Of a stretch of DNA of 55,412 bases, positions 1 through 10,013 are shown one piece after another. The stretch covers positions 1-55,412 of IMG/VR virus record IMGVR_UViG_3300030616_000028; one strand, 5' to 3'. The translations under genes were made by a program, and so were the position numbers. Below the pieces are notes generated by a model, which saw only the letters and a list, made by a program, of their open reading frames with translations, was not told where the DNA came from and searched no databases. Source of the DNA: a virus (Duplodnaviria > Caudoviricetes). Numbering within the stretch: position 1 is the first letter of the stretch; each line of letters begins with the position of its first letter.

Positions 1-180
1 GCACTCGGTCGGTCGCGTCCCTACGTGCGCAAGCAGCTGGAACAGGCCGACCCCAAACTGTCATTGCTCCAGGAGATCGCCGACGTGCTCGCGTGCGATC
101 CCAACGAGCTGCTGAAGGAGGTCACCCCGGAGGAGTACGGCGCGGCGTTCATGCCGCACTTCGACGACGACGAAGACTAG
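1..180 (+). CDS. XRE/Cro-like HTH regulator, 5'-truncated
   Basis: Frame 1 reads ALGRSRPYVRKQLEQADPKLSLLQEIADVLACDPNELL...*, resembling the C-terminal half of an XRE HTH; not in ORF track. Confidence 0.6.
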   Translation, partial: ALGRSRPYVRKQLEQADPKLSLLQEIADVLACDPNELLKEVTPEEYGAAFMPHFDDDED

Positions 181-214
181 ACGCGGCGCAGCCAATAGCC
201 GCAACGGAGGAGGC

Positions 215-1408
215 ATGACCAAGAACCAAGCAAGGCCGAAGGGACGGTTCACGCCGCTGATGCTTCGCGCCCTCGCTCTCTGCCCCAAGCGGTTCGAGAT
301 CGAGTACGTGCAGAACTACCGGCGCAAGAGCAAGCACGAGCCACCGTGGCCGCCCAACATCAAGACGATCCTGCACGATGCTCTCCGCGAGCGCGACTTC
401 GCTACGATGCGAGGCTTGTCCTCAGTACGTACGCGCGCCGCTGCCGTGAGCGTCATTGAGGCGTATCGTCAGGAGCTATTCGAGGCCATCGGCCCCGTCT
501 CTCCGCAGGAACGGGAACAGCTCGCCGCCCTAGTCGCCACGACGTGCGATGACGCAGCGGCGATCCTCAGCCACTTCGAGCGCGTCAGCGGTCGCCGCGA
601 CCCGACGTTCATGCTCACGGAGGAGGGAAGGCCGCTCGTCGATCTGGTCGTCGAGGAGAGGCTCGACGACGACTACACCTACGCCGACCGCATCGATGCC
701 GTGCTCGACCGCAGCGAGGCCCATCTCCCTCCCGCCGTGCTCGTGCGGAGGTTCACATCGAACGCCGATCCCGGCGAGGTCATCAGGGAGGTCGAGATGG
801 ATCTGAACCTCCCCGGCATGGCGTGGATCGCGTCGAGGGCAGCGAAGCAGAAGGTCACCACGGCCGTCATCGAGATCGTGCGGACGAAGCCGCCCTCGAT
901 CCCCGAGACAATTCAATGCAGGAAATGCAAGGGTACGGGAACGATCGACCAGCGGAACGAAGATGGCACCTACGAGGAGGGCAAGGTCAATCTCGTGCCG
1001 TGTCCAGATTGCGGCAGTACAGGCATAGGTGGCATGAGCAAGAAGGCGTGCGATACCACCTACGAGCTTTGGGTGGAGGAAGCGCAGCGGCACGGCCTCG
1101 ACATCGAGGTCGAGAAGGGTCGTTGTGCGAGCACCGTGCAACGGCTCATCAGCCGCGGCGAGACGTTCGTCTACTGGACCACCATCGACATCTCGGAGGA
1201 CGCGATCCGCGATTGGAAGCGCGACACGGGAGAGCTGATCGACTTCTCGCTGTACTGCGGCGAGACGAGGAACGTCTGGAGGCGCAACCCCGCAGCGTGC
1301 GTCCTCCGTTCGGGGCCGTGTCCGTACCGACGGACGTGCGCGCACCAGGATGACGAAGACGCTGCATGGTTCACCGTGAACGACGACGCCTACCCAGGAC
1401 TGGGTTGA
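215..1408 (+). CDS. Cas4/RecB-like PD-(D/E)XK family protein with inserted CxxCxGxG zinc finger; possibly catalytically inactive
   Basis: N-terminal LCPKRFEIEY, RIDAVL, C-terminal C..CPYRRTC (Fe-S-type Cys pattern); CRKCKGTG/CPDCGSTG insert; GGAGG RBS. Confidence 0.55.
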   Translation: MTKNQARPKGRFTPLMLRALALCPKRFEIEYVQNYRRKSKHEPPWPPNIKTILHDALRERDFATMRGLSSVRTRAAAVSVIEAYRQELFEAIGPVSPQEREQLAALVATTCDDAAAILSHFERVSGRRDPTFMLTEEGRPLVDLVVEERLDDDYTYADRIDAVLDRSEAHLPPAVLVRRFTSNADPGEVIREVEMDLNLPGMAWIASRAAKQKVTTAVIEIVRTKPPSIPETIQCRKCKGTGTIDQRNEDGTYEEGKVNLVPCPDCGSTGIGGMSKKACDTTYELWVEEAQRHGLDIEVEKGRCASTVQRLISRGETFVYWTTIDISEDAIRDWKRDTGELIDFSLYCGETRNVWRRNPAACVLRSGPCPYRRTCAHQDDEDAAWFTVNDDAYPGLG

Positions 1409-1421
1409 AAGGAGACAGAGC

Positions 1422-2648
1422 ATGAACGCGAAACTCGAATGGTTGAAGAGAAGGCAGATCCTCGGGGTCGGCTCGTCCGAGTCGCCGGTCCTCGCGCTCG
1501 GGGAGGTCTACGGACACACGCCGGTCGATCTGTACATCGGGAAAAAGAAGACGCTCACCGAGGACGACTTGCTCAGCAGCAAGACTAACCCGCACCTTCG
1601 GCGAGGCCACACGTACGAGCCTCTGGCTGCCGCCATGTTCGAAGCCCAGACGGGCATCAAGGTCTACGCCCCTGTCACGGACGACGAGAGGTACAACACC
1701 TTCCAGGTCTCCGATCCGAACTCGCCGCTGTTCGCGGACTTCGACGGATTCTGCGAGGACGGATGGGTGCTTGAGATCAAGTCACCGATGCAGCGAGTTG
1801 CGGACTCGTTCCGTTCATCGGGCGTCCGCGATAGCTACCTCGTGCAATGCCAGCACCACGCCCACTGTGCGAACGTCTGCGAGCTGCCGTTCCTCCCCGA
1901 TCCCAAGAAGTGGCTCGGCAAGGTCAAGGGTACGAGGCTCGTCATCTACGAGTGCGAGAACGTCGCCCTTCAGATCATCGAACTGCCCATCGACGAGGAG
2001 ATGATCGAGGTCATCAAGCACAACGCGACTCGCTTCTGGAAGGAAGCCGTCGAGCCGGGTGTCCCTCCCGCGACGAAGACCTACAAGCAACCGGCGAAGC
2101 GGCCGGCCAGGGCGAAGTACACGCAGCTCGAAGGCGAGGCCTGGAACGATGCCGTCAACACCCTCAAGCTAGCAAAGGAACGAGAGGTCGCCGCGGCAAA
2201 GGCGATGGACGCAGCGAAGCGGCGGATCGCGGGGGTGATGGAGGAGGCCAAGCTCGACGCCGTGCAGGTCGGTCCGCACAAGTTTCTGTACCGCGAAGTG
2301 GCTGGCCGAAAGTCCTTCGACAAGAAGGCACTCCAGGCCGACTATCCCGACCTCGACCTGAAGAAGTACGACAAGCAGGGCGAGCCGCGCATGCAGTTCA
2401 ACTACTACGGCCCGAAGGACAAGAAAAAGGCCGACGCAGGGAACGAGAACGAGAGCCAGATCATCACTATCCAGACGGAGCTGGAGGACTTCGCTGGGAG
2501 GGACCACGACATCGAGGTAGGGATGGAAGAATTCGACGAGCTCCGCGCCCGCGCCGATCTCTATACGGCGATGTTGGAGTTGGAGCTTGAGGACATTCAC
2601 AGCGCGATCGAGAACGCAGCCAAGGCGATCGTGCCGAAGTTGGACTGA
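1422..2648 (+). CDS. YqaJ/lambda-exonuclease-like viral recombinase exonuclease
   Basis: WLKRRQILGVGSSES, GHTYEP, FADFDG, LEIKSP, YLVQCQH motifs; adjacent to recT. Confidence 0.85.
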   Translation: MNAKLEWLKRRQILGVGSSESPVLALGEVYGHTPVDLYIGKKKTLTEDDLLSSKTNPHLRRGHTYEPLAAAMFEAQTGIKVYAPVTDDERYNTFQVSDPNSPLFADFDGFCEDGWVLEIKSPMQRVADSFRSSGVRDSYLVQCQHHAHCANVCELPFLPDPKKWLGKVKGTRLVIYECENVALQIIELPIDEEMIEVIKHNATRFWKEAVEPGVPPATKTYKQPAKRPARAKYTQLEGEAWNDAVNTLKLAKEREVAAAKAMDAAKRRIAGVMEEAKLDAVQVGPHKFLYREVAGRKSFDKKALQADYPDLDLKKYDKQGEPRMQFNYYGPKDKKKADAGNENESQIITIQTELEDFAGRDHDIEVGMEEFDELRARADLYTAMLELELEDIHSAIENAAKAIVPKLD

Positions 2649-2674
2649 GGTCCGCAACGAAGGAGAGGCACCAC

Positions 2675-3916
2675 ATGGCACACGAGACGTACGAAGCAGT
2701 CAAGAACCGCCTGGAGAGCGAGGGCATTCGCGAGATGATCGCCGGCTCGCTCGGCTCCCCGGCCGAGGTCGATGCGTGGATCAACGCCGTCCTCGCCACC
2801 ATCGGAACCGACAAGGAGATCCTCAAGGCGACACCGCTCTCGATCCTCGGCGCCGTCCTCGAGGCCGCTTCCCTCGGACTGCGGTTCGAGGGGCCGCTCG
2901 GGGAGGCCTATCTGGCGACGAGGTCGAAGCGCGAGAAAGACGACCACGGCCGTTGGGGATGGTCGCAGCCCGAGGCCCAGCTCCAGATCGGATACCGAGG
3001 ACTCATGAAGCTCGCGCGGCGTGACCCGCGAGTGCGGAAGATCGAGGCGATTCTGGTCCACGCGAACGACGCGTTCGAACACCGGCTCGGCTCGGACCCG
3101 TTCCTTCACCACACCTGGGACGTGCGCAAGCCGCGCGGCCCGATGGTCGCGGTCTACGCGGCGATCCGCTACAACGACGGCTTCTACGACTTCGGCCAGC
3201 CGTTCTCGATGGATGCCGTGATGCGGCACCGGGAGAACATCCTGGCCGACAAGCGTATCCGCGTCGAGCACAACGCTGACGGCAGCGAGCGGTTCGTCAA
3301 GGTCTGGGACGACGGCGAGAAGGAGATGACCCCGGCGCAGATCCGCCGCCTCCCGTGGGTTGCCTACCTCGAAGCGATGGCCATGAAGACGGCCGTCCGC
3401 TGGTCCGCGAAGTACTGGGATCTCGACCCCGACTTCGACCGCGCCACCGCGCTCATCTCCATCGACGAGTCGGGCCGCAGCCAGAAGCTGGAGGAGATTG
3501 CCCGCCGCATCATCCCCGAGGATGCCAAAGGCCAGGAGAACGGCGAGCCGGCTGCGAGCCGCACCGTGCAGGGCGCGGCCCTGATGAGGCAGGGCAGCCT
3601 CCGCGATCAGATGCTTCGGGAGAGCGGCCTGGGACAGGGCGACAACGAAGGCCCGCCCTCCGAGGAGGCTCCGCACCCCGAGGAGGAGAACGACGAAGAG
3701 CACGCCAGCCAGGGCGCGGAGAACGAAGGCCAGGAGAACGAAGGTCAGGAGGCCTCGCCCATGAGCGGGATGAGCGAGGAGGAGAAGCAGGCCGCGCTCG
3801 AGCTGGAGAGGCAGGAGGCCGAGGCGTTCGAGGAGGAGCAACGCCGCCTTGCCGAGGAGGCCGACCGTCCGCGTAACGGGCAGCGGCGCGGGGGTCGGCG
3901 CGGCTCGAAGAAGTAG
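2675..3916 (+). CDS. recT: RecT-family single-strand annealing protein with acidic tail
   Basis: SILGAVLEAASLGL, GEAYL, AQLQIGYRGLMKLARR, EAMAMKTAVR. Confidence 0.9.
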   Translation: MAHETYEAVKNRLESEGIREMIAGSLGSPAEVDAWINAVLATIGTDKEILKATPLSILGAVLEAASLGLRFEGPLGEAYLATRSKREKDDHGRWGWSQPEAQLQIGYRGLMKLARRDPRVRKIEAILVHANDAFEHRLGSDPFLHHTWDVRKPRGPMVAVYAAIRYNDGFYDFGQPFSMDAVMRHRENILADKRIRVEHNADGSERFVKVWDDGEKEMTPAQIRRLPWVAYLEAMAMKTAVRWSAKYWDLDPDFDRATALISIDESGRSQKLEEIARRIIPEDAKGQENGEPAASRTVQGAALMRQGSLRDQMLRESGLGQGDNEGPPSEEAPHPEEENDEEHASQGAENEGQENEGQEASPMSGMSEEEKQAALELERQEAEAFEEEQRRLAEEADRPRNGQRRGGRRGSKK

Positions 3917-3919
3917 CCG

Positions 3920-5017
3920 ATGACCAAGCGACGAAGAACGTTCGCGATGGTCGAGCCGTACATCTGGGAGGACCCTGTATTTCGGTCGCTCCCCGAGTCG
4001 GCCCGATTCCTGTTCGTCCACCTCTTGACCTCTCCACGGTCGACGCGGTGCCCTGGCCTCCTCAAGGCATCGCCGATGATCGTGATGACGGACATCGGGT
4101 GGGACCGACCGCAGGACGGCGAGCTTCGATGGGCTGACGAGGAGGTACTCACGCGCGCGCTGAAACGGACGCGCTCCGCCTTCAAGCAGTTGGAGGCGAC
4201 CAGGCACCGCAGCGGCGTGCCGTGGGTCCTCGTCGATCACGGGAACAACCTGATTGCCCTTCCTCGTCGCGTCGCACACCTACTCCCCGACAACCGCAAC
4301 ATCGTCCAAGGCTGGCTGAACCAGCTACGCGAGATCCCTCCGTCGCTCGGGCGCGATGCGTGGCTCATCAGCACCTTCAGAATCCTCCGCGTTGCCTTCG
4401 GCCGCGATGACCCCCGGCTCAACCTGATGACCTCGGAGTATCGCACCGCACTGGAGCGCAGCGGAGCACAACTATCCGAATTTGCTGACGAACGTGAAAC
4501 GGTTACCCCAAACCCTTCCCCGAACGGTTCGGTGCGGGGTTCGGCAAAGATCTTAGATGGGAGATCGGAGATGGGAGATCTCTTAGTACAGACGGATCTG
4601 GCAATAGAGAAAAAGCACAGTAGGTCAGACGCACCGCGGCGCGACGAGCGCGCCCCGGCCTCCTCCTTCCCTCCTCCTGATGCTTCGGATCGGCTGCGAG
4701 CCATCTTCAAGGCCATGACCGAAGTGACGTTCCTCGTTCCTGGGAAGGGAGAGCAGACGATCTGGCAGAACGCAAAGCGCCCCGAGGCCCTCGCGACGAA
4801 GCTCGACGAATCATGTCCTGGCGTCAACGTGCCCGCGCTCATCGGGAAGCTCGGCGGCTGGACCTTCGCCAACCCGAAGCGCAGCAAGAGGGACCTCGCG
4901 CGGTTCGTGTGGAACGCAGCCAGCCGCGAGCAAGACAACCCACGTTCACCAGCAACCCAAGAGGCGTATAGACACGGCACCGATCTCGCCCAGAAGGTGA
5001 GAGGCCGAAGGAAGTGA
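3920..5017 (+). CDS. Phage replication initiator / replisome organizer-like protein
   Basis: N-terminal IWEDPVFRSLPESARFLFVHLLTSP; directly upstream of and overlapping dnaB. Confidence 0.6.
   Translation: MTKRRRTFAMVEPYIWEDPVFRSLPESARFLFVHLLTSPRSTRCPGLLKASPMIVMTDIGWDRPQDGELRWADEEVLTRALKRTRSAFKQLEATRHRSGVPWVLVDHGNNLIALPRRVAHLLPDNRNIVQGWLNQLREIPPSLGRDAWLISTFRILRVAFGRDDPRLNLMTSEYRTALERSGAQLSEFADERETVTPNPSPNGSVRGSAKILDGRSEMGDLLVQTDLAIEKKHSRSDAPRRDERAPASSFPPPDASDRLRAIFKAMTEVTFLVPGKGEQTIWQNAKRPEALATKLDESCPGVNVPALIGKLGGWTFANPKRSKRDLARFVWNAASREQDNPRSPATQEAYRHGTDLAQKVRGRRK
4470..4625. other. Candidate replication origin inside initiator gene
   Basis: Locally lower GC; direct repeat AGATGGGAGATC at 4555-4566 and 4569-4580; repeated AACGGTT and GGTTCGG; lambda O-like position. 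Confidence 0.3.
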
Positions 5018-6477
5018 GAATGGAAGGACGGATACCACCCTACGACGCCGAAGCAGAACAGGCATGCCTCGGCGCGGTACTACTCAACAACGATGCCTTG
5101 CCCATCGTGCGGACGATTCTCCGTGGTCCCGAGGACTTCTACCTCGAGGCGAACCGCATCATCTTCGCGGCGATGACCGAGCTGACCAGGAAGGGTTCGG
5201 CCGTCGATGCGGTGACGCTCGGTGGGCTACTCAAGGAGAACGGAGATCTGGAGAAGTGCGGAGGGCCGATGGTCATGAGCAAGCTGACCGACTCGGTCGC
5301 GACGGTAGCGAACGTCGGCCACTACGCGAAGATCGTCCGCGACCGCGCCTCGGTGCGCCGGATGATTTTCGCTGCACAGCAGATCGTCGCTGATGGATTC
5401 GGGCGACGCATCGAGGACGTCCCTACGTACCTTGCTGACGCTAGGAAGGCAATCACGGTTGCCTCGGCGACCGACGCCGGCGACGGCCCCGTGCAGCTCA
5501 AGGATGACCTCCATCGGGTGTTCTCGGAGATCGAATCTGGGAAGATGCCCGGAGGCCTGGTCGGGACAGGCATCGACGTCATCGACGAGCTGACTGGAGG
5601 ACTCTGGCCCGGGCTACTCACGATCATCGGTGCGCGGCCCTCGATGGGGAAGTCGGCCTTGTGCCTCAACATCGTGACGAACTGCGCACTCCAGGGTCGC
5701 CCCGCCCTCTACGTGCCGACCGAGGACGCGCGGGAGTACGTCGTCATGCGGGAGCTCGCCCGCTTCGGCAACGTGGACCTGAACGACCTCATGCTCCGCT
5801 CTGTCCACGATAGCGACTGGAAGGGACTCATCGACGGCATGAACAAGCTGCACGATCTCCCGCTCTGGGTAGACGACACGCCTGGCCTCTCCTCGGATCG
5901 CATCGCGCAGATCGCGGCCTTGCACAAGCAGGTCCACGGCCTCGACCTCCTCGTCGTTGACCACCTCGGGGAGCTAACGGATGATGGGGACAACCAGACG
6001 CAGTCTGTCGAGAACGCGGCGAAGGGACTCCGCGACATTGCGAAGGAGCTACAGATCCCCGTGCTCCTCGCATGCCAGCTCAACCGGCAGGTCGAGAACA
6101 GGAAGGACAAGCGGCCGACGCTGTACGACCTCCGTCAGAGCGGAGCCATCGAGCAGATTGCTCGCGTCGTGTGGTTCATGTATCGTCGCGGCTACTATCG
6201 TCAGGGATGTGAGGATGACCCCGATACTCAGCTCATCGTCGCCAAGGCGACGCACGGCAAGACAGGTACGATTCGGCTCTGGGCAGACATGGCGCGAATG
6301 TACCTCCGAGGATGGGACACGAGTACGGACGGCGTGTTCCCTGACGAGGACAGCAGCGGCTACGCTCCGCCCCCGAAGCAAGGCGGGAGCAGCAGCGATC
6401 ATCGCAATGGATTTTTCGACAACACTGGCCCCCCGTCTCGGGTAGGCGGGGGCAAGCATTGGACAGACGACTACTGA
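5014..6477 (+). CDS. dnaB: Replicative DNA helicase, DnaB family
   Basis: PPYDAEAEQACLG, Walker A GARPSMGKS, VVDHL, CQLNRQVE, DLRQSGAIEQ. Confidence 0.95.
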   Translation: MRMEGRIPPYDAEAEQACLGAVLLNNDALPIVRTILRGPEDFYLEANRIIFAAMTELTRKGSAVDAVTLGGLLKENGDLEKCGGPMVMSKLTDSVATVANVGHYAKIVRDRASVRRMIFAAQQIVADGFGRRIEDVPTYLADARKAITVASATDAGDGPVQLKDDLHRVFSEIESGKMPGGLVGTGIDVIDELTGGLWPGLLTIIGARPSMGKSALCLNIVTNCALQGRPALYVPTEDAREYVVMRELARFGNVDLNDLMLRSVHDSDWKGLIDGMNKLHDLPLWVDDTPGLSSDRIAQIAALHKQVHGLDLLVVDHLGELTDDGDNQTQSVENAAKGLRDIAKELQIPVLLACQLNRQVENRKDKRPTLYDLRQSGAIEQIARVVWFMYRRGYYRQGCEDDPDTQLIVAKATHGKTGTIRLWADMARMYLRGWDTSTDGVFPDEDSSGYAPPPKQGGSSSDHRNGFFDNTGPPSRVGGGKHWTDDY

Positions 6478-6493
6478 GGAAAGGAGACAGGGC

Positions 6494-7810
6494 ATGGCCA
6501 AGGCAAAGGCGAAGAAGACCGCCGCGAAAAAGAAGGCGACCACAAAGAAGGTGACCACGAAGGAGGCGGCGCAGAAAAAGCAGACCGAGGCACCGGAGGA
6601 GAAAACCACACCGGAGGAGAAGACCACCGCGAAGGATAGCAAGCCGCCCGAGAACGGAGTGCCGACAGAGGAGACGAGGATCTTGGCGTGTCAGTGCGGC
6701 TCGACCAAGTTCGACGTGAAGAAGCGCACCAGGACATCCGTCTCGCTCGTCTGCTCGAAGTGCGGACTGCGGTCGTCGGTCAAGGGCAACGTCGCGACCG
6801 TGCGCGTTCGTCAGCAGGAGATCCAGTACGCCCTCTCGCACACCGTCGTCTCGCCCGACGACTCCCCCGACGAGGGTGGCGCGGCACCTGGCGAGAAGAC
6901 CGGCGACGGCACCGGCCCTGTCGGTGGCGGGTACGTGACGCTTCGCTTCCGTGTCTCGAAGGAGGTTCGCGACACCATCGTCAACAAGGCGACGGAGTTG
7001 GTCCGCATCCAGAATTGCGGTGAGGACCAGTACCGCGAGCAGACCTGGCAGGGACACGCGCTGGAGTACATCTGTGCGGACTACATCTCGGGAGTCCCAC
7101 ACGAGGCGCTCCAGATCTACGACGCGATGGAGGCCGCTGCCGAGGAGGCCTATCGCTTCGCGGAGCAGGACGGGAAGAAGGAGCCGAGCGCGCGCAAGAT
7201 CCGCGACCTTCGCGCCCGTGTCCGCGACAAGCTCGCCGTTGAGTCGGGCTACCTTGACCCCTCGTTCCTCGGGGACGATGCACGTCAGCTCGACCTCCCC
7301 GACGGTGGTGAGGAGCAGGACGACGCGGAGGACGATCTGGAAGACACGGAGAACGACGGAGAGTTCGTCGAGGAGGAGGAGCCGCAGGCGGAGGCTGTCC
7401 CCGACTCTGGCCGTCTTCTCCGCGCTGTGCAGGCTGCGCTCGAGACGTACCACGAGGAGGCGAGCGGCGCAGGGATCGAGGAGGACGGACTGCCCGAGTT
7501 CGTCGTGCGCGATGGGGATACCCCCACCGATGACCTCGTCGAGAGGTGGACCAAGAGCGGTGGATACCTCCTTCGAATCCTCGGTGACGAGAGGACGGTG
7601 GATGAGAACGGCGCTCGCCCCTCCGTGTGCGTGTGGATCGCCAGCGAGCCGCCGGAACTTTCGCTGGACTTCGGCATCGAGTACGATGACGTAACGGACG
7701 AAATTCTCGGCGACGGTTCCTGCGAGGCCGTAGAGCTGCTGCCGCCCGACTACGCCGAGATCGAGCAGTGGGAGCAGCCGCACTTCGCGGATAGGAGGGA
7801 GACGCTGTGA
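6494..7810 (+). CDS. Hypothetical protein: Lys/Ala-rich N-tail, Zn ribbon, acidic body
   Basis: RBS AGGAG; AKAKAKKTAAKKK; CQCG...CSKCG. Confidence 0.7.
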   Translation: MAKAKAKKTAAKKKATTKKVTTKEAAQKKQTEAPEEKTTPEEKTTAKDSKPPENGVPTEETRILACQCGSTKFDVKKRTRTSVSLVCSKCGLRSSVKGNVATVRVRQQEIQYALSHTVVSPDDSPDEGGAAPGEKTGDGTGPVGGGYVTLRFRVSKEVRDTIVNKATELVRIQNCGEDQYREQTWQGHALEYICADYISGVPHEALQIYDAMEAAAEEAYRFAEQDGKKEPSARKIRDLRARVRDKLAVESGYLDPSFLGDDARQLDLPDGGEEQDDAEDDLEDTENDGEFVEEEEPQAEAVPDSGRLLRAVQAALETYHEEASGAGIEEDGLPEFVVRDGDTPTDDLVERWTKSGGYLLRILGDERTVDENGARPSVCVWIASEPPELSLDFGIEYDDVTDEILGDGSCEAVELLPPDYAEIEQWEQPHFADRRETL

Positions 7811-8226
7811 ACGAGGACAAGAGAGACACGGTTGTACCGGAGGCCGAGGACGGCGCCGGCGACGCGAAAACGACGGACGACACGGCCAAACCCGAGACTC
7901 GGGAGGCGCAGATCAAGAGGCGCGTCATCGGCGCCATGCAGGACGAGATCGACCGCCTCGACGAGCTCGCGTCCGAGTGCCTCGCTGCGGATAACACCGA
8001 GGGCCATTGCCACGCGCTGGAGTCCCTCGCCGCGGTAAAGGCAAGGGGCGAGGTGTACTGCATCCAGGTCGAGATGGCCATGCAGACCGCCGCGCTCGCG
8101 ACGATCATCGGAGGACAGCAGCGGGCGAGGCAGCAACAGCCCGTCCCTGTGGAGAGCGACGGCCAGCTTGCTGACCTCCTCAAGCGAGGCTCGCGACCAG
8201 GAGAAGGGAAACCGGCCGGCGACTAG
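7807..8226 (+). CDS. Hypothetical protein
   Basis: GTGA overlap, RBS, high GC3. Confidence 0.6.
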   Translation: MNEDKRDTVVPEAEDGAGDAKTTDDTAKPETREAQIKRRVIGAMQDEIDRLDELASECLAADNTEGHCHALESLAAVKARGEVYCIQVEMAMQTAALATIIGGQQRARQQQPVPVESDGQLADLLKRGSRPGEGKPAGD

Positions 8227-8230
8227 TTCG

Positions 8231-8239
8231 TGGTACACT
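8231..8239 (+). promoter_or_regulatory. Possible extended -10 promoter for lysis genes
   Basis: TGGTACACT in the short gap before the amidase RBS. Confidence 0.3.
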
Positions 8240-8271
8240 TCGTCGGGAACTACAAAGGAAGGAGGCTAGCG

Positions 8272-9186
8272 ATGGCTGTCGAGAAAAAGCTGGCGCTCGC
8301 CGGAGAACCGTTCAACGCGGACAACGCGCTCATCATCGGCAACTGCGCGATCGACATCGGCACGCGGGTCATCAAGTGGTACGAGGATGATGGGTTCAGC
8401 CAGTACGACACGAACCGCTCCGTCGTGACCAGCGAGGACCTCAAGACCGGGGAGGTCAAGACTCGCGTCATCCAGGGCAAGCGGTACTCTCCGCGAGCGG
8501 GAGGGATTGGCGGAATCCGCCAGGTGTTCCTTCACCACTCGGGAGCGGACCGCGCCGACCCTGCGATCATGCGCGAGGTGCTCCACAACCAGCGCGGCCT
8601 CTCCGTGCAGTTCGCGATCGAGGACGACGGGAGGATCTATCAGTTCCTCAATGCCGTCGAGGTAGCCTGGCACGCTGGCAAGGTGCACAACCGCATCAGC
8701 GTCGGCGCCGAGTGCTGCCTCTGGCCGGACGCGGAGAAGCGACCGAACTACTACTCTGCCGCGAACAGGAAGCGCACGGGGAACCTTCCGCACAAGACGA
8801 AGGTCGAGACGCTTCAGGGGCGCAAGCGGACCGTGTTTTGCTTCCCCGCTCCCCAGGTAGAAGCCGCAGCGCGGTGGGCCGCTGGCCTCTGGGTCGCGAT
8901 CTGCATGGAGGGAGGTCGGAGGAAGGGCGACTACAACGTCGGCTTCAACCCCCCGGTCCCGCTGCAGCAGATGTTCAAGATGGCGCCGAAGTTCCCGAGG
9001 AACGTAAACGGGGAGATCCCGCGCAAGGTCTTCGGGCGACACGCGGATCACGTCGGCCTGATCGGGCACCTCCAGTGCTCGAAGCGGAAGTGGGACCCGG
9101 CCGGGTTCCCGTGGGAGGAGTACGAGCAGAGAGTCAGCCACCTGTTCTGGCAGTTCGCGGAAGGGTGGCCTATCGGAAGGAGATAG
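8272..9186 (+). CDS. Endolysin, N-acetylmuramoyl-L-alanine amidase (Amidase_2 type)
   Basis: VFLHHSG, SVQFAIEDDGRIYQF, AWHAG, NRISVGAE, IGH...KWDP; ATG at 8272 follows GGAGG (GTG at 8230 is an alternative). Confidence 0.85.
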   Translation: MAVEKKLALAGEPFNADNALIIGNCAIDIGTRVIKWYEDDGFSQYDTNRSVVTSEDLKTGEVKTRVIQGKRYSPRAGGIGGIRQVFLHHSGADRADPAIMREVLHNQRGLSVQFAIEDDGRIYQFLNAVEVAWHAGKVHNRISVGAECCLWPDAEKRPNYYSAANRKRTGNLPHKTKVETLQGRKRTVFCFPAPQVEAAARWAAGLWVAICMEGGRRKGDYNVGFNPPVPLQQMFKMAPKFPRNVNGEIPRKVFGRHADHVGLIGHLQCSKRKWDPAGFPWEEYEQRVSHLFWQFAEGWPIGRR

Positions 9187-9187
9187 C

Positions 9188-10012
9188 ATGCGACACGTTC
9201 TTACCTATGCATTCATCGGTATCGTGGCGGCAGTATTCTTGCTCGCTAGCTCGACGGATCGAGGGGAGGCAGAGACGCGCCCCTGGATGGTTGAGCGGCC
9301 CGAGCCGCCCCTGGTCTTCGACGAGCATTGCTGCTCATGCGACGAGGCTGCGGCCCTCGACCTCGAGGCCCCCGTCGAGACGGTCGAGCAGCCCGAGTAC
9401 ATGGTCAGCGAGGAGCGAATGGTCGAGGAGGTCGTGCAGCTCTGGGAGATGTGGTTCGACGATCAGAATGCCAAGGCCTCCGACCCGCGGCGCGAGGACT
9501 TCTACAGGTTCGCGGAGTACGTCGTCGAGGCAGTCCGCATGTACCAAGATGGGCCTACCGACATCGGGGGCCAACTACCCGGCGCGAAGAACGACCACCT
9601 CGTCGTCGGTTACATGATCGCGAAGGAGTCCTCGGTGACTCCCGATGCGGTCAATGATAGCGAGAACGGGCGCGGTGAGGTCTGCCTGATGCAGCTACAC
9701 GGGAAGGCCCTCGCTGGCTACGCGCCCGAGAAGGTGCTCCACAATCCCAAGCTGTGCGTCCTCCTCGGCACGCGCTGGATGACTCACTTCTTGCCGAAGT
9801 GCCAGCAGGACGGCGCGGGAGGGATCTTCGGCAGCGAGTTCGCGTGGGAGGACGCCGACTGGATCGGGCCGCTCTCGCTCTACGCTGGAGGACCGAGGGC
9901 ACAGAGGAAAGACGGAAGCTGCGCGCAGTACGGCACGATCCGCGAGAGGATCGACGCTGTGCGGTTCTACCGCAGCCGCATCGACAAGGCGCTGGAGTAT
10001 TGGGAGGAGTGA
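9188..10012 (+). CDS. Lytic transglycosylase (SLT)-like protein with N-terminal hydrophobic anchor
   Basis: MIAKESSVTPDAV and CLMQLH match the SLT ES and GLMQ motifs; N-terminal TM/signal segment. Confidence 0.65.
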   Translation: MRHVLTYAFIGIVAAVFLLASSTDRGEAETRPWMVERPEPPLVFDEHCCSCDEAAALDLEAPVETVEQPEYMVSEERMVEEVVQLWEMWFDDQNAKASDPRREDFYRFAEYVVEAVRMYQDGPTDIGGQLPGAKNDHLVVGYMIAKESSVTPDAVNDSENGRGEVCLMQLHGKALAGYAPEKVLHNPKLCVLLGTRWMTHFLPKCQQDGAGGIFGSEFAWEDADWIGPLSLYAGGPRAQRKDGSCAQYGTIRERIDAVRFYRSRIDKALEYWEE

Positions 10013-10013
10013 C

